This document shows, in pieces, positions 1 to 12,354 of a stretch of DNA of 64,000 nt. The stretch spans positions 14,638 through 78,637 of the forward strand of contig JAAVZW010000026.1 of assembly GCA_022791835.1 (NCBI GenBank), written 5' to 3'. Both the position numbers and the translations under genes were made by a program. The first letter of the stretch is position 1. Each line of letters begins with the position of its first letter. The notes below the pieces were generated by a model. The model had not been told where the DNA came from, ran no database searches, and saw nothing but the letters and a program-made list of their open reading frames with translations. Source of the stretch: Clostridia bacterium (GTDB taxonomy: Bacteria; Bacillota; Clostridia; TANB77; CAG-508).

Positions 1-14
1 TAATTCCCTCCAAT

Positions 15-1246
15 CTATGAAATTAAATAACTAGAAACGACCTCAATTTTAGCATCTACTTTAAAAAATGCATTTTGAAAATTATCTAGCCAGTTATAAT
101 CCATCCATTGATCCCAAGTAGAAAAATATTTAACAGCATATCTGCCAAACAAATCTATATCAGTACCATATTCCTTAGAAACTTTGTACAAATAATTCTC
201 AATTTCATGTTGTATATAAGAATTAGCATATTCCTCAACAAGATTTAAGTTGTCCTCTTCAAAAAAGTTAGAAGTCTTAGAAGCGGATAAAACCTTAGCA
301 TTTAAATGGACATTTGTTGAGATAAAAGGAGAACCATTAATAAGTTCTACACTATTTTTAGTCTTGTCTTCATAAGTAATATATAAATCAATAATAGAAT
401 TTTCATCAAAAGGACTAGGAACAGAGAGAATACACTCTTCCATTCTGTTAGTTAAAATTAAATGACACAGAGATTCCATTGCAGTAAGTTCTCCAACCAA
501 TACGTCTCCTTTAAACACAGCAAGTCCAACAACATCAATATTAGTAGAAGCATTACTACTTTCACCAGAGTTAGAAGTAGTTTCACCAGCAATAGTATCA
601 GTATCAACAGAAGTAGGACCAGTTGGAGAAGAACTTGTATTAAGAGAAGTTACAGACCCAAGAATAGCAGAAGGTTCACCAAAACTGTCTGTAATTCTAT
701 CAAACATATCAGAAAGAGTAATATCAGCAGTATATCCCGTATATTTACTTGAAGTTGCAATTATCTCATAATACTTAGAAGTAATGCTCTCAATTTCAGA
801 CTTAGATTCAGATAAAAACTCATAGGCATCACAACGAGAGATAATAACGTTACAATCAGGTCTTGCCTGAACATTATTTATTAAAGTAAAGACAATATCA
901 GAAATTCCGCTGTGAAGCAATTTGCTCAGAAATAACTAATACTTTACAATGTGACAAATTTAATTTTTTACTAATAAAAGCATTGCCAAGGCTTATGGCA
1001 GATTCTAAAGAAGAACTTTCAATTGTATCAATAACAGTATCAGGACCAGAAGAACCACCATCAGAAGTGTTTTGCGAAGGAATAGACAGCTGAAAGCTAA
1101 CTTTTAAATCATTATTATCACCGAGTATCAATACCAATAGCAACAACATAAGCCATATCGCTTAAATTATTTCTAGAATAATATCCACTAACACCAAAAC
1201 TTACAAGTATGATAGCAACAATTAATAAATTAATAAGCTTATGCAA
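15..1246 (-). CDS. Spore germination protein, GerAC-family lipoprotein; third gene of a gerA-type operon. Reading through needs skipping one extra base at plus positions 909 and 1123 (coding strand ...CGG...)
   Basis: The two ORF pieces (898..1149 and 15..920) join after removing single bases. The N-terminus is hydrophobic (LINLLIVAIILVSFGVSG) and reads into ...DMAYVVAIGIDTGDNNDLK, typical of GerAC. A TTG start lies 9 nt after a GGGAGG RBS and 3 nt after the gerAB stop. Confidence 0.65.
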
Positions 1247-1248
1247 AG

Positions 1249-2362
1249 TTAAACGCCTCCCTTCCTTAAACTCTTCCTTTTCTTGATATAAGCCCAAAGC
1301 AGAATAAAGACAGTAACAAAAAATACAAACATAATAGAAGAATATTTATAAATAGTTCCATCAAAGAAATTTACATCAGAAATACTTTGAGGAATAAGAC
1401 TTATAATATATAAAATCCCAGCAAAGCAGAATATCATACCACTTTCATGTTTGATATTGGTAATCTTTTTAAAAGTTACTAAAGAAAAATGCATTGTAAT
1501 AGCAAGATAATTAAATATAGACATTATCCAAATAAGTATAAATACAGCATCGATTCTTTGTATAAAAGTTCCAAAATTTGCTCTTCTAGATAAAATATAA
1601 ATAGATAAAGTATTATTTATATTAGTTATAGAAGGAATTAAGAAAAGAAGAGAGACAATTCCAAGTAGTAAATATACAAAATATACTACAATTGATAAGC
1701 CACCAGCTTTTCTTAAATTCTTACCAGTGCCAATAAAAGGCATTAAAAATGGAGCAATAATCATACTACTAAATGCAAAAATATTGCCAAGTCCTGAGAC
1801 AAATGTATCATATGCACCATATCCAAGTAGAGGCAGTGCTCTTTGAGGAACAAAGTTTGATGCAGATGATATGAATATAATAACCATACTTATAAGAATA
1901 ATAGGCAAAGTAATTAAAGTAACTCTAGAAATTGACTTAAAACCAAACAAATTTGTAATTGCAGTTATAGCAATAAAAACAAGTATAACAAATTCTATAT
2001 GAATGTCTGGAAAGTATATAAGAACTAAACTTTCGGCAAAGATTCTAATTATAAAAGCCGAAATAGTAAGAAAATATATACAACAAGCAATTCCAAAAAC
2101 TCTTTTCAAAAAATTTCCTCCAGCATATTCACAAATGTCAATTAAATCTTTTCCGAGGGAATATATCAAAAACCTTAGAAGAAAAGTAAAATACTAGTAG
2201 AGAGATTACAAAAATATAGCATACATTTAGTATTGTTGCAGGACCAGTGCTAGAAATCATGTGATTTGGCATGTTTAGTATTATATGAGATATCATAACA
2301 GTTATAATGACAGAAGCAGCTTGTAATATGCCCATTCTTGTTTCTTTTTTTGATTCATTCAT
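1249..2362 (-). CDS. Spore germination protein GerAB-family (APC-type membrane permease). Needs skipping one extra base at plus 2155
   Basis: The 74-aa N-terminal piece and the 306-aa polytopic membrane piece overlap. Removing the C restores ...KVFDIFPGKDLIDICEYAGG, matching the conserved RFPGKTL motif of GerAB/GerKB. An AAGGAGG RBS lies upstream. Confidence 0.7.
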
Positions 2363-2381
2363 GACTTATAATAACCTCCTT

Positions 2382-4096
2382 TTAAAATTTCCATTGTCTA
2401 CTAATTTTTTCTTCTTTTCTAGGTCTCTTTGTATTAAGGAAACTTCTTCTTTTCTCACGTTTCCATAGAGGGGACAAGAAGTATCCGACTACCATTATCA
2501 GTTGAAATAGGAGCATAAGGACTTAGGTACGAAACTCCGAAAGAATTTATATGTGCAAGTATTGTTATATGGAATATAAGGCAAAAAGCAATACCTAAAA
2601 ATCCAGCTAAATATCCAACAATAATATATGCAAACCTGACTACACGGATATGGAAACTCAAAGAAAAGTCAGGTACAGCAAATGCGGTAATACCAGTAAT
2701 AGCAACAATAATAACCAATATAGGGCTAACAATATTTGCAGTTACTGCTGCATCTCCTAAAATAAGTGCACCGTACTATGCCAATAGTTTGGCCAAGAGG
2801 TGCAGGAACTCTTACTCCAGATTCTCTAATTAATTCCAAAGACACTTCCATTATTAGCAACTCAAAAATAATTGGAAATGGAACATTACTCCTTGATGCA
2901 ACTATTGCAAATAATAATTCAGTTGGAATTAGTTCTTGATGGAAAGTTGTTACTGCAATATATAAACCAGGTAATAATAAAGTTATAAAAAGTGCAAGCA
3001 ATCTGATTATTTTGAGTAAATCTGCAAATACAAATTTTAAATTTCTATCCTCAGCAGAAGAAAGAAAATCTATTAATACAGCAGGAGCAACTAATGCATA
3101 AGGGGTACCATTTACTAAAATAGCGACTCTTCCTTCTAATATTAGAGAAGAAACCCTATCTGGCCTTTCTGACGAAAGCAACTGAGGAAGACTGAAGTTA
3201 GTATCTTCAATCAATTGCTCTAATTGACCAGATGATATAAGATAGTCTATTCCAAGATTAGCTAATCTATATTTTACTTCTTTTACTAATTTATCATTTA
3301 CAACATTTTTTAAATAGCATATTGCAACTTGAGTATTGCTAATTTTGCCCACATTTGTTTCTTCAATTATAAATTCTTCATTATTTATAATTCTTCTTAA
3401 TAAAGTAGTATTTGTACGTAAAGATTCAACAAAACCCTCCTGTGAACCTCTAATAATGTTTTCATTATCTGGAGGAGAAACTGCACGTTTTTCAAAGCCT
3501 TTAGCATCTATTAAAAATACAGTATCTATTGTGTCTATAAATAAAGCAGAAACACCAGCATTAACCTTTTTAGCGATTTCACTAAACTTATTTCCAGTAC
3601 TGATATCATTTTGAGGTACTAAACAATCAGAAATATATGACACCAGGTCAAACTTCTTTACACGTCTTACAGTTACATTATTAGTAACAGCAGTACTAAT
3701 AATATCAGGGTTATCAGAGTCTATATTAGAAAGATTTTTAATCATAAGAGGCTCTATAACAAATTTATTTATAGAATTGCTATCAATCATACCTTCAATA
3801 TAAAGCAAGAATGCTGAGTACTGTTTTCCTTTTACATTTATAGCAAACTCACGAATTTTGATATCGCTATTTATATCAGCATTATATTTGTTTTTAATGA
3901 ATTCTAAATTAACATCAAGAGATGGGAAAACATTATCTGGTGTATTTTGTTTAGTCAATATAGGAGATTTAGCGCTTTCAGTATCTTCTTCACTATTTGT
4001 AATAGTATCTACATCTTCACTGCTTGGGAGTACAAAATTATACTCATTTGGAACTTTATAGGCTATTAAATTAATAAATTTATCAAATATCTTCAT
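2382..4096 (-). CDS. Spore germination protein GerAA-family (germinant receptor A subunit). Needs skipping extra bases at plus 2773 and 2487
   Basis: The 456-aa ORF carries the GerA-family core (...ILEGRVAILVNGTPYALVAP...). Removing the two bases restores ...LGQTIGIVGALILGDAAVTANIVSPILVIIVAITG... and a C-terminus ...SPLWKREKRRSFLNTKRPRKEE typical of GerAA. The order A-B-C is classic for gerA operons. Confidence 0.7.
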
Positions 4097-4164
4097 AGTG
4101 ATAGTTATTATTGCTCATAATTAGAAATATATTCAAAAAATGATTGATTTTTATATTTTATTGA

Positions 4165-4195
4165 AAAATAAAACTGGTAGCCTTAAACTACCAGT
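4165..4195 (-). terminator. Rho-independent terminator after the pilin-like gene
   Basis: The hairpin is actggtag-ccttaa-ctaccagt, followed on the minus strand by a T-run. Confidence 0.5.
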
Positions 4196-4199
4196 ATGA

Positions 4200-4439
4200 T
4201 TATTTATAATTTGCTTGATTAGAAACTAAATTACTTACAGTCTGTTCTAAAAATTTTACAGTATTTCCTAAATATTCATTATCATATATTTGGGCTTTTG
4301 CATAATTCTCAGTACTTGCTTGAGCCATACCCACAAAATTAGAATCATAAGCAATTTTTATAGTTACTGCTGCTAATATTATTAAAACTATTATTGTAAT
4401 AACCAAAGCAACCAATGTAATTCCTCTCATACCTCTCAT
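4200..4439 (-). CDS. Small prepilin-type (type IV pilin / ComGC-like) protein
   Basis: The N-terminus is MRGMRG|ITLVALVITIIVLIILAAV, i.e. a short positive leader, a Gly, then a hydrophobic helix. This is noncanonical because it has A rather than E at position +5. A terminator lies downstream. Confidence 0.5.
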   Translation of the reverse strand: MRGMRGITLVALVITIIVLIILAAVTIKIAYDSNFVGMAQASTENYAKAQIYDNEYLGNTVKFLEQTVSNLVSNQANYK

Positions 4440-4508
4440 TTCTATTTTCCTCCTATGTTTTATAATTTTTCTACATTTGTTCCCCCTCTTGTTAAAACCT
4501 ATACAAAA

Positions 4509-4526
4509 CTATGTGGTGGGTAACAA
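4509..4526 (+). repeat. 18-nt direct repeat ctatgtggtgggtaacaa (left copy), part of a longer aaaacCTATgtggtgggtaacaa motif
   Basis: It matches 5251..5268 exactly. The two copies bracket the P-loop gene 4588..5178. Confidence 0.8.
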
Positions 4527-4587
4527 ATTTGGCTATACCATATCTCAAATTTAGAAATTTATCTCTTTAAATTAATTTTCTTTTTTA

Positions 4588-5178
4588 TTATAGCATTAAA
4601 CTTTTTATAAGTTTATCTATATTAACTTTTTCAATATCTTCTAAATTTATAACATTTCCTAAATTTATACTATTTGAAAGTAAATTATCATATTCTGCCT
4701 TTAAAGTATTATATTGATATTCAAAAAATGGTTTATACTTATCTCTTTTATTGTAATAATATGAGTTTAAATAATGTGCTGGATGCCTTTCTTCTTTTAA
4801 GCTTTCTCTTTTTGATAATCTATTCCAAATTGTTTCGAAATCTTTAGCAAATATATTAATTGTATAAGTTTCATATTCGTATTTAGTTATTAAGTTTTTT
4901 AAGAAATCTTTCCATTCTATTTTAAATGGTTTCTCTAGTATTATTATTTCATCCTCTCTTTGCATACATTCTTCTATTAATTTTTTATACATTTCTATTT
5001 TTAAATAGTACAAATGCTTTTTTTGTTCCTTATTTTTAAATCCTATAATATCATATATCTTTTCACTAAATTCATCATATGATAATAAAATACTGTTTTC
5101 TAACTTTTTATATAAAATTTGTGCAAGAGTGGTTTTACCTACACCACTAACACCTGTTATTATAATTAATTTTTTCAT
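4588..5178 (-). CDS. P-loop NTPase / putative small kinase (AAA-type ATP-binding)
   Basis: It has a Walker A motif GVSGVGKTT near the N-terminus and is 196 aa. No specific family was recognised. Confidence 0.55.
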   Translation of the reverse strand: MKKLIIITGVSGVGKTTLAQILYKKLENSILLSYDEFSEKIYDIIGFKNKEQKKHLYYLKIEMYKKLIEECMQREDEIIILEKPFKIEWKDFLKNLITKYEYETYTINIFAKDFETIWNRLSKRESLKEERHPAHYLNSYYYNKRDKYKPFFEYQYNTLKAEYDNLLSNSINLGNVINLEDIEKVNIDKLIKSLML

Positions 5179-5250
5179 ACTAAATTTAATTCCTTATAAC
5201 TTACTATATTATGTTCTTCTAAACTCTTCCTTCGATAAAACTATTAAAAC

Positions 5251-5268
5251 CTATGTGGTGGGTAACAA
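5251..5268 (+). repeat. 18-nt direct repeat ctatgtggtgggtaacaa (right copy), followed by a partial third copy gggtaacaa
   Basis: It matches 4509..4526 exactly. Confidence 0.8.
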
Positions 5269-5577
5269 CAGGGTAACAATTAAGTAGTATCACTCCCTAT
5301 AAATACTGATATTATTGCATTGTTCTTTTAAATATTTACTCCTACTAAAATTATCAAAACTATTATTGCTATGATAAGTGCTACAAGAGTTATATATTAT
5401 CATTAGTGTTCCTTTCTATTCTCATTAATATTGACTATATAATAATAGTATTATATAGAAAAAAAGTTTTTTTGTCAATGTGCAGCAAATTTTTGTTATA
5501 AAAATTCATAAATTATTGATAATAAATAGTGGTTATGCTACAATATTATGTATAAATTTGTAGAAAAGGAAATTATT

Positions 5578-8278
5578 ATGAATTTTTGGAATAGAGATAT
5601 ATTAAAGATAGAAAAAGAATTAAATACAAATATTGAGAAAGGACTTAGTTCTGAAGAAGTCTCAAAAAAACGTGCAGAATTCGGAGTAAATGAGATTGAA
5701 GGAAAGAAAAAACAAAGTTTTATTATAAAATTTTTAAATGAATTTAAAGATTTTATGATAATTGTATTAATTATAGCCGCAATTGTATCTGGATATATTG
5801 GAATAAGAGAAGGAGAAGGTATTACAGATTCTATTATTATTTTAATAGTAGTAATAATGAATGCCATTATTGGAGTAGTTCAAGAAAGCAAAGCAGAAAA
5901 ATCACTAGAAGCTTTACAAAAAATGAGTGCACATGTTACTAAAGTTATAAGAAATGGAAATATACAGATTATAGAAGCAAAAGATATTGTGGTTGGTGAT
6001 GTTGTAATTCTTGATACAGGAGACTATGTTCCAGCAGACTTAAGATTAATTGAGACTGTTAATCTTAAAGTACAAGAATCAGCTTTAACACGGAGAATCC
6101 GTTCCAATAGAAAAGAATATCGAAACAATTCAAGATGAAGATGTAAATTTAGGAGATAGAAAAAACATGACATTTTCTTCTAGTATGGTCACATATGGAA
6201 GAGGGAAAGGTATTGTTGTCGGAGTTGGAATGCAAACAGAAGTAGGCAAAATTGCAGGTATGATAAATAATGTAAAAGAAACAGAAACTCCTTTACAAAA
6301 GAGACTAAACAGTTTAGGCAAGACTTTGGGAATAGCTTGTCTTGTAATATGTACAGTAATTTTCTTAGTAGGAATAGCTTATGGAAAAAATCCAGTAGAC
6401 ATGTTTATGACAGCAGTAAGCCTTGCAGTTGCAGCGATACCAGAGGGACTAGCAGCAGTATCTACAATAGTACTTGCAATAGGAATGCAAAGAATGGCTA
6501 AGAAGAATGCAATAGTCAAAAAACTTCCAGCAGTAGAGACACTGGGAAGTAGCTCAGTTATATGTTCAGATAAAACAGGAACACTTACACAAAACAAAAT
6601 GACTGTAAAAAAAGTATTTTATAACTCAAAGTTATATAATCTAGAAGTAGCAGACAGAACATGTTTACTAGAAAAACTAATATATGCAAATTTACTTTGT
6701 AATGATACTAAAATTACAGAAGAGGGAGAGTTAGCAGGAGACCCAACAGAAACAGCACTTACTGCTATGGCATTTGATTTGGGCTTTGAACAAGAACATA
6801 TATTAGAAAATCCTAGAGAAAAAGAATTACCTTTCGACTCAGAAAGAAAACTTATGACAACAGTAAATAAAATAGGAGAACAATATGTTGTATACACAAA
6901 AGGAGGAGTAGATGAATTACTCGCAAAGTGTACAGCATATGAAGCAGAAGAGGGAGTTAGAAGTGACTTAGAAGAATACAAAAAAGTAATATATAAAGCA
7001 AATGAAGAGATGGCTAAATGTGCATTAAGAGTATTAGCATGTGCATACAAAGTAATAGATAGAGTGCCAACTGATGAAGAAATGATGAATATTGAAAATG
7101 ACCTTATTTTCATTGGCATGTGCGGAATGATAGACCCACCAAGAATAGAAGTAAAAGATGCAGTAGAAAAGTGCAAAAGTGCAGGAATAAAGACAGTAAT
7201 GATTACAGGAGATCATAAAATAACAGCAGTAGCAATAGCAAAAGAACTTGGAATACTAGAAAGTGAAGAAGAAGCAATTACAGGAAGTGATTTAGAGAAA
7301 ATATCTCAAGAAGAACTAACTAAGAATATAAGAAAATATAGTGTATATGCAAGAGTTTCTCCAGAGCATAAGGTAAGAATTGTAAACGCATGGAAATCAA
7401 ATGGTGAAATAGTTGCAATGACAGGAGACGGTGTGAATGATGCACCAGCTTTAAAGACAGCAGATATAGGATGTGCAATGGGAAAAGTAGGCACAGATGT
7501 TGCAAAAGAAGCAGCAGATGTAATACTTACAGACGATAACTTTGCAACAATAGAGTCAGCAGTAGAAGAAGGAAGAAGAATATATGATAATATTTTAAAA
7601 GTAATACAATTCCTATTATCAAGCAACATAGGAGAAGTAGTAGTACTTTTCTTAGCAGTAATGCTTACTCCACTTTTTGCAAACTGGTTTGGAATATCAG
7701 ACATATCAGGTATAACACCATTACTTGCAATTCACATTTTATGGGTAAACCTAGTGACAGATTCATTGCCAGCACTTGCATTAGCAGTTGACCCAGCCGA
7801 AAAGGATATAATGAATAGACCACCAAGGAAAAATACAAAAGGAATCTTTACAGGAGGAATGATATATAGAGTAGTATATCAAGGGATAATGATTGGTATA
7901 TTAACACTTTTATCATTTGTCTTAGGCCTTGCTACAACAAAAGGAATAGCAGATGGAGAAAGAATTATGATTGCTCAAACAATGGCATTTATTGTACTTG
8001 CATTTTCAGAACTTGTACATGTTTTTAATGTAAGAAATAATGAAAAATCAATATTTAAAACAGGGATATTAAGTAATAAAAAATTATTACTTGCAATAGC
8101 AGTATCGAGTTTGCTAATCTTAGCTATATTGTTTGTGCCACAACTTAGAGAAATATTTAGCATTGCAGTATTACCTAAAGAAAACATATTTGAAGTAATA
8201 GTATTGATTATTGCACCATTAGTCATAGTAGAAATATTAAAATTACTTAAGATAAACACATTAAAAGGCAAAGAATAA
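5578..8278 (+). CDS. Cation-transporting P-type ATPase, Ca2+ type (PMCA/SERCA/YloB-like). Needs skipping the extra C at 6091
   Basis: The protein carries [19 protein letters not shown] and ten TM helices. Removing C6091 restores ...ESALTGESVPIEK (the TGES actuator motif), and the two ORFs 5548..6138 and 6167..8278 become one. Confidence 0.85.
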
Positions 8279-8288
8279 AGGTGAAGAA

Positions 8289-9294
8289 ATGAATGAAGAA
8301 GAACTAGAAAAGCAAATCGGTTTAGAAGAACAAGAAGAAATAACTGAAGAAATAGAGCAAGAAGAAAGCGAAAGTGGAGGAATAGTAAAAGAAGAAAGCA
8401 AAGAGTTAGAAGAAGCTAAAATAAGATACGAACTTGTAAATAAAAATGTATTTAAGAGAGATACAATATATAAAGTAGTTACTTTCGCAAGCCTTGCAAT
8501 AGTAGTAATGGCAAGTTCTTCTATAGCAGGAATAATGTTCGCAAGTTCTTCTAAAAAAAAAATAGAGGAAAAGACTGAAGAAACTCCAGTTGTTGTGGAA
8601 GAGGAGAAAAAAGAAGTAAAACTCCCACAATATACAGAAGAAGCAAAAGAGAGAATGAAAACAATATATGATAATACAGGAGACGAAAAAATTGCATATT
8701 TAACATTTGATGATGGGCCATCTGAGAAAATTACTCCACAAGTATTAGATATACTGAAAAATGAAGAAGTTAAAGCAACATTTTTTCTGCTAGGTAGCAG
8801 AGTAGAACTCTATCCAGACCTTGTAAAAAGAGAATTCGAAGAAGGACATTATATAGCAAATCATGGGTATTCACATGTATATACAAGTATCTATTCTTCT
8901 GCACAAGCTGTTTTAGATGAATATAATAAAACAGAAGAAAAAATAAAAGAAGCTTTGCAAATACCAGAATATTCTAGCCATTTGTTTAGATTTCCAGGAG
9001 GAAGTGAAGGCGGAAAATACAAAAAAGTAAAAAATGATGCCAAAGGAGTACTAGAATCAAATAATATTGCATTTATCAACTGGAACTGCTTAACAAATGA
9101 TTCTGTAGGGAAACCAACATATGAAAGCATAATAAAGGATTTCAAAATTACACAAAATCGGAAAAAACAAGATAGTTGTTCTAATGCATGATACAGGCAC
9201 AAAACAACTTACAGCAGATAGTCTTTTAGAAATAATTACTTATTTAAAAGAACAGGGCTATGTTTTTAAAAACTTTTATGATATAATGGATTAA
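8289..9294 (+). CDS. Polysaccharide deacetylase (NodB-homology domain) with an acidic N-terminal region and a TM anchor. Needs skipping the extra C at 9159
   Basis: The TFDDGP and HGYSH motifs are present. Removing C9159 extends ...ITQNGKNKIVVLMHDTGTKQLTADSLLEIITYLKEQGYVFKNFYDIMD*, a canonical deacetylase C-terminus. Confidence 0.8.
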
Positions 9295-9357
9295 AAATAG
9301 AGATTTTACCAAGATTGTTGGGAAATTTTCTATAATATTAAAAAGGAGGAACAAGTT

Positions 9358-10287
9358 ATGGCTTTAGTTACAACAAAGGAAATGTTTGAAAAATCAATGA
9401 AAGAACATTTCGCAATAGGTGCTTTTAATGTAAACAATATGGAATTTATACAAGCAATTGTAGATGCAGCAAAGGAGGAGAACTCTCCAGTAATTTTGCA
9501 AGCTTCATCTAGTGCAATCAAGTATGCTAGAATTAACTATTTAATGAAAATGGTAGAAGCAGCAGTAGAGGAAGCAAATATACCAATCGCTATGCACTTA
9601 GACCATGGACCGGATTTTGAAACTTGCAAGATGTGTATTGATGCAGGATTTACATCAGTAATGATAGACGGATCTAAATATGATTTCGAGGAAAATGTTA
9701 GAATAACAAAGCAAGTAGTAGATTATGCTCATGAAAGAGGAGTTGTTGTGGAGGCAGAACTTGGAAAACTTGCAGGAATAGAAGATGAAGTTAATGTATC
9801 AGAAAGTGATGCGATGTTTACAGATCCAGAGCAAGCAAAAGAATTTGTAGAAAGAACAGGTTGTGATTCTTTAGCTATTGCAATTGGTACAAGTCATGGG
9901 GCATACAAGTTCAAAGGAGAAGCTAAACTTAGATTTGATATATTAGAAAAAATAAGAGAAAAATTACCAAATACACCAATCGTACTACATGGAGCATCTA
10001 CAGTAATTCCTGAATTAGTAGAGACTTGCAATAAGTATGGAGCAAATATCCCAGGGGCTAAAGGAGTGCCAGATGAAATGCTTCATGATGCTAGCACAAA
10101 AGGAGTATCTAAAATAAATGTAGATACAGACTTAAGACTTGCTATGACTTCTGAAATAAGAAGGGTATTTTCAGAAGAACCTTCTGCTTTTGACCCAAGA
10201 AAATACTTAAAACCTGCTAGAGAAAAAGTTAAAGAGACTGTTCAGCATAAGATTAGAAATGTATTTGGGTCTAGCAATAAGGCTTAA
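9358..10287 (+). CDS. fba: Fructose-bisphosphate aldolase class II
   Basis: The 309-aa protein has HLDHGP and SVMIDGS motifs. An AGGAGG RBS lies upstream. Confidence 0.9.
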   Translation: MALVTTKEMFEKSMKEHFAIGAFNVNNMEFIQAIVDAAKEENSPVILQASSSAIKYARINYLMKMVEAAVEEANIPIAMHLDHGPDFETCKMCIDAGFTSVMIDGSKYDFEENVRITKQVVDYAHERGVVVEAELGKLAGIEDEVNVSESDAMFTDPEQAKEFVERTGCDSLAIAIGTSHGAYKFKGEAKLRFDILEKIREKLPNTPIVLHGASTVIPELVETCNKYGANIPGAKGVPDEMLHDASTKGVSKINVDTDLRLAMTSEIRRVFSEEPSAFDPRKYLKPAREKVKETVQHKIRNVFGSSNKA

Positions 10288-10356
10288 TTTAGTTCTATAA
10301 TAAAAAATACTTACTAGACTCTTAATGTAAAATATAATTAAAAAACATTTATATAA

Positions 10357-10384
10357 GAATGTAGAGACAAAAAACTCTACATTC
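10357..10384. terminator. Bidirectional rho-independent terminator between fba and smpB
   Basis: The hairpin is gaatgtagag-acaaaaaa-ctctacattc, flanked by A and T runs. Confidence 0.6.
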
Positions 10385-10391
10385 TTTGCAA

Positions 10392-10845
10392 TTAAATAAC
10401 CTTATCCTTCATGGCCCTTTCAATTTTTCGCTCAGCATCTTTTTTTGCCATATCTTGGCGCTTATCGTACAATTTTTTACCTCTACCAATACCAAGTTCC
10501 ATTTTAATAAAATTTCTCTTAAAATACAAACTCATAGGAATTAAAGAATATCCTTTTTGCTGAACTAATCCGAACCAACTTATTAATTTCTCTTCTATTC
10601 AAAAGAAGTTTACGAGAACGAAGAGGGTCTTTATTTTGAATATTCCCCTGCTCATAATTACTAATATGCATATTATAAACAAAAGCTTCACCATTTTTTA
10701 TAGTAGCATAACTATCCTTCAAATTAACTTTTCCATTCCTAATAGATTTAATTTCAGTTCCAGTCAAAACAATCCCAGCTTCAATAGTATCAACAATCTC
10801 ATAATTATGTCTAGCTACTGAATTTTTAATATATAATTCACTCAT
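10392..10845 (-). CDS. smpB: SsrA-binding protein SmpB. Needs skipping an extra base at plus 10572
   Basis: The N-terminus matches SmpB. Removing the base restores ...[64 protein letters not shown] at a full length of about 150 aa. Confidence 0.85.
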
Positions 10846-11054
10846 AAAGTAACTTCCCTTCTAAAACAAGCAAAACTTTTTATAGCATAGATATGCATTA
10901 CCAAAAGATAGCTTGGCATTAATTAAAGTACAAATTTTAACAATATCAATTATAATACAAATTAAACAAAAAATCAATCAAATAACCTTGACAATAATTT
11001 CAAAATACTATAAAATATTTTTAATAAAAGAGTAAATTATGGAGGCACACCAAA

Positions 11055-11456
11055 ATGAATAGAATTATAAAAATTTCCCTAATACTATTTGCGATGATAA
11101 TCCTTGCAAGTACAGCAGTACAAGCAACAGGAATAGATATGAATCTATCAGGAAATACTAGTAATACAACAAACACAACTAATACTACAGATAACAATAA
11201 TGTAGTAGATGACACAGTTCTTGGAGGAAATACTAATACTACAACAAATACTACTAATACAGCAGGTACATCAAATACAACTGGAACAACAGGAACTAGT
11301 CAAGAGCTTTCACAAGGTCAAATAGGGCAACCTACATCTAGTGCAGCATTGAGTTCATCTACTTTAGGAATATCAAATATAATAAACATTATCCTAATAG
11401 TACTTGGATTATTACTAATACTTCTAGGAATAGCAATACTAATTCGCTTACGTTAA
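11055..11456 (+). CDS. Hypothetical secreted protein, Asn/Thr-rich and low-complexity, with a C-terminal TM anchor
   Basis: It has a signal peptide, NTTNTTNTT repeats and a hydrophobic tail ending in RLR. Confidence 0.45.
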   Translation: MNRIIKISLILFAMIILASTAVQATGIDMNLSGNTSNTTNTTNTTDNNNVVDDTVLGGNTNTTTNTTNTAGTSNTTGTTGTSQELSQGQIGQPTSSAALSSSTLGISNIINIILIVLGLLLILLGIAILIRLR

Positions 11457-11662
11457 TACATATAAATTACAAAAACCCAAGAAATTAAAATTTTGCGATA
11501 CAAAAATCAAAAAATTTTAATTTCTTTTATATTCTAGGAAAGTATATACATATAGAAATTGTTAATTCAGTTTTTTAATAGGAATTTTTTCTTGTATATT
11601 TTTATCATTTTTATGCAAAAATATAAGTAGTTATAGAAAACTTAAAATTTAGAGAGGAGAAA

Positions 11663-12190
11663 ATGATTAAAATGACAAAGAAATTAGTTATAATACTTTC
11701 AATATTTTGCCTTGTAGTACTTACATCAGGAGCAGTTTTTGCAACTAATATTACACATGATGTAGAAAATACATTAAACGGAGCAAAAAATGGAGTACAA
11801 AATATGGTTCAAGATACAGGAAAAGCTATGGAAGGTGCAAAAGACGGCGTTGGTGACATGATGAATAATGCAGGTAAAGGTATGGAAAATATGGCTCGTG
11901 GCGTAGGAAATGTTGTTGAAGGTACAAAGAATGGAATAGAGGATATGCTGCATGAAGGTACAGATGACGTAAAGGACATGGGAAGAGATACAAAAACAGA
12001 CGTACAAGGAACTGAAACAAGAGGAACGGATGCTTATACAGCAATAAGAACAACAGCTGCTGATGCTATTAATGCTACAAATAGAACAAATAATATAACT
12101 ACTTGGGTAATTTTGGCAGTAGCTTGTGCTATAGTTGCTTTATTAGTTTGGTATTATGGAACACAAACTAATAATAAAGACAATTATTAA
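11663..12190 (+). CDS. Hypothetical membrane-anchored protein with 11-residue G-x-K/D-G..M repeats (LEA-like)
   Basis: It has a signal peptide, then repeated GAKNGVQNM / GAKDGVGDM / GKGMENM motifs, and a C-terminal TM helix. Confidence 0.45.
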   Translation: MIKMTKKLVIILSIFCLVVLTSGAVFATNITHDVENTLNGAKNGVQNMVQDTGKAMEGAKDGVGDMMNNAGKGMENMARGVGNVVEGTKNGIEDMLHEGTDDVKDMGRDTKTDVQGTETRGTDAYTAIRTTAADAINATNRTNNITTWVILAVACAIVALLVWYYGTQTNNKDNY

Positions 12191-12354
12191 TAGGTTAGAC
12201 ATGGAAAATAAGTTGCAAAAAAGGAGGATATAGATTTTTTTATACTCTCCTCTTTTGTTAATTTACTGCTTGGATGTCGCATTTTCGCTTTCTCTATTTA
12301 CTTTATTAATATTTTGAGATATAATGACATAGTATAAATAATGGAGGAGAGCAT

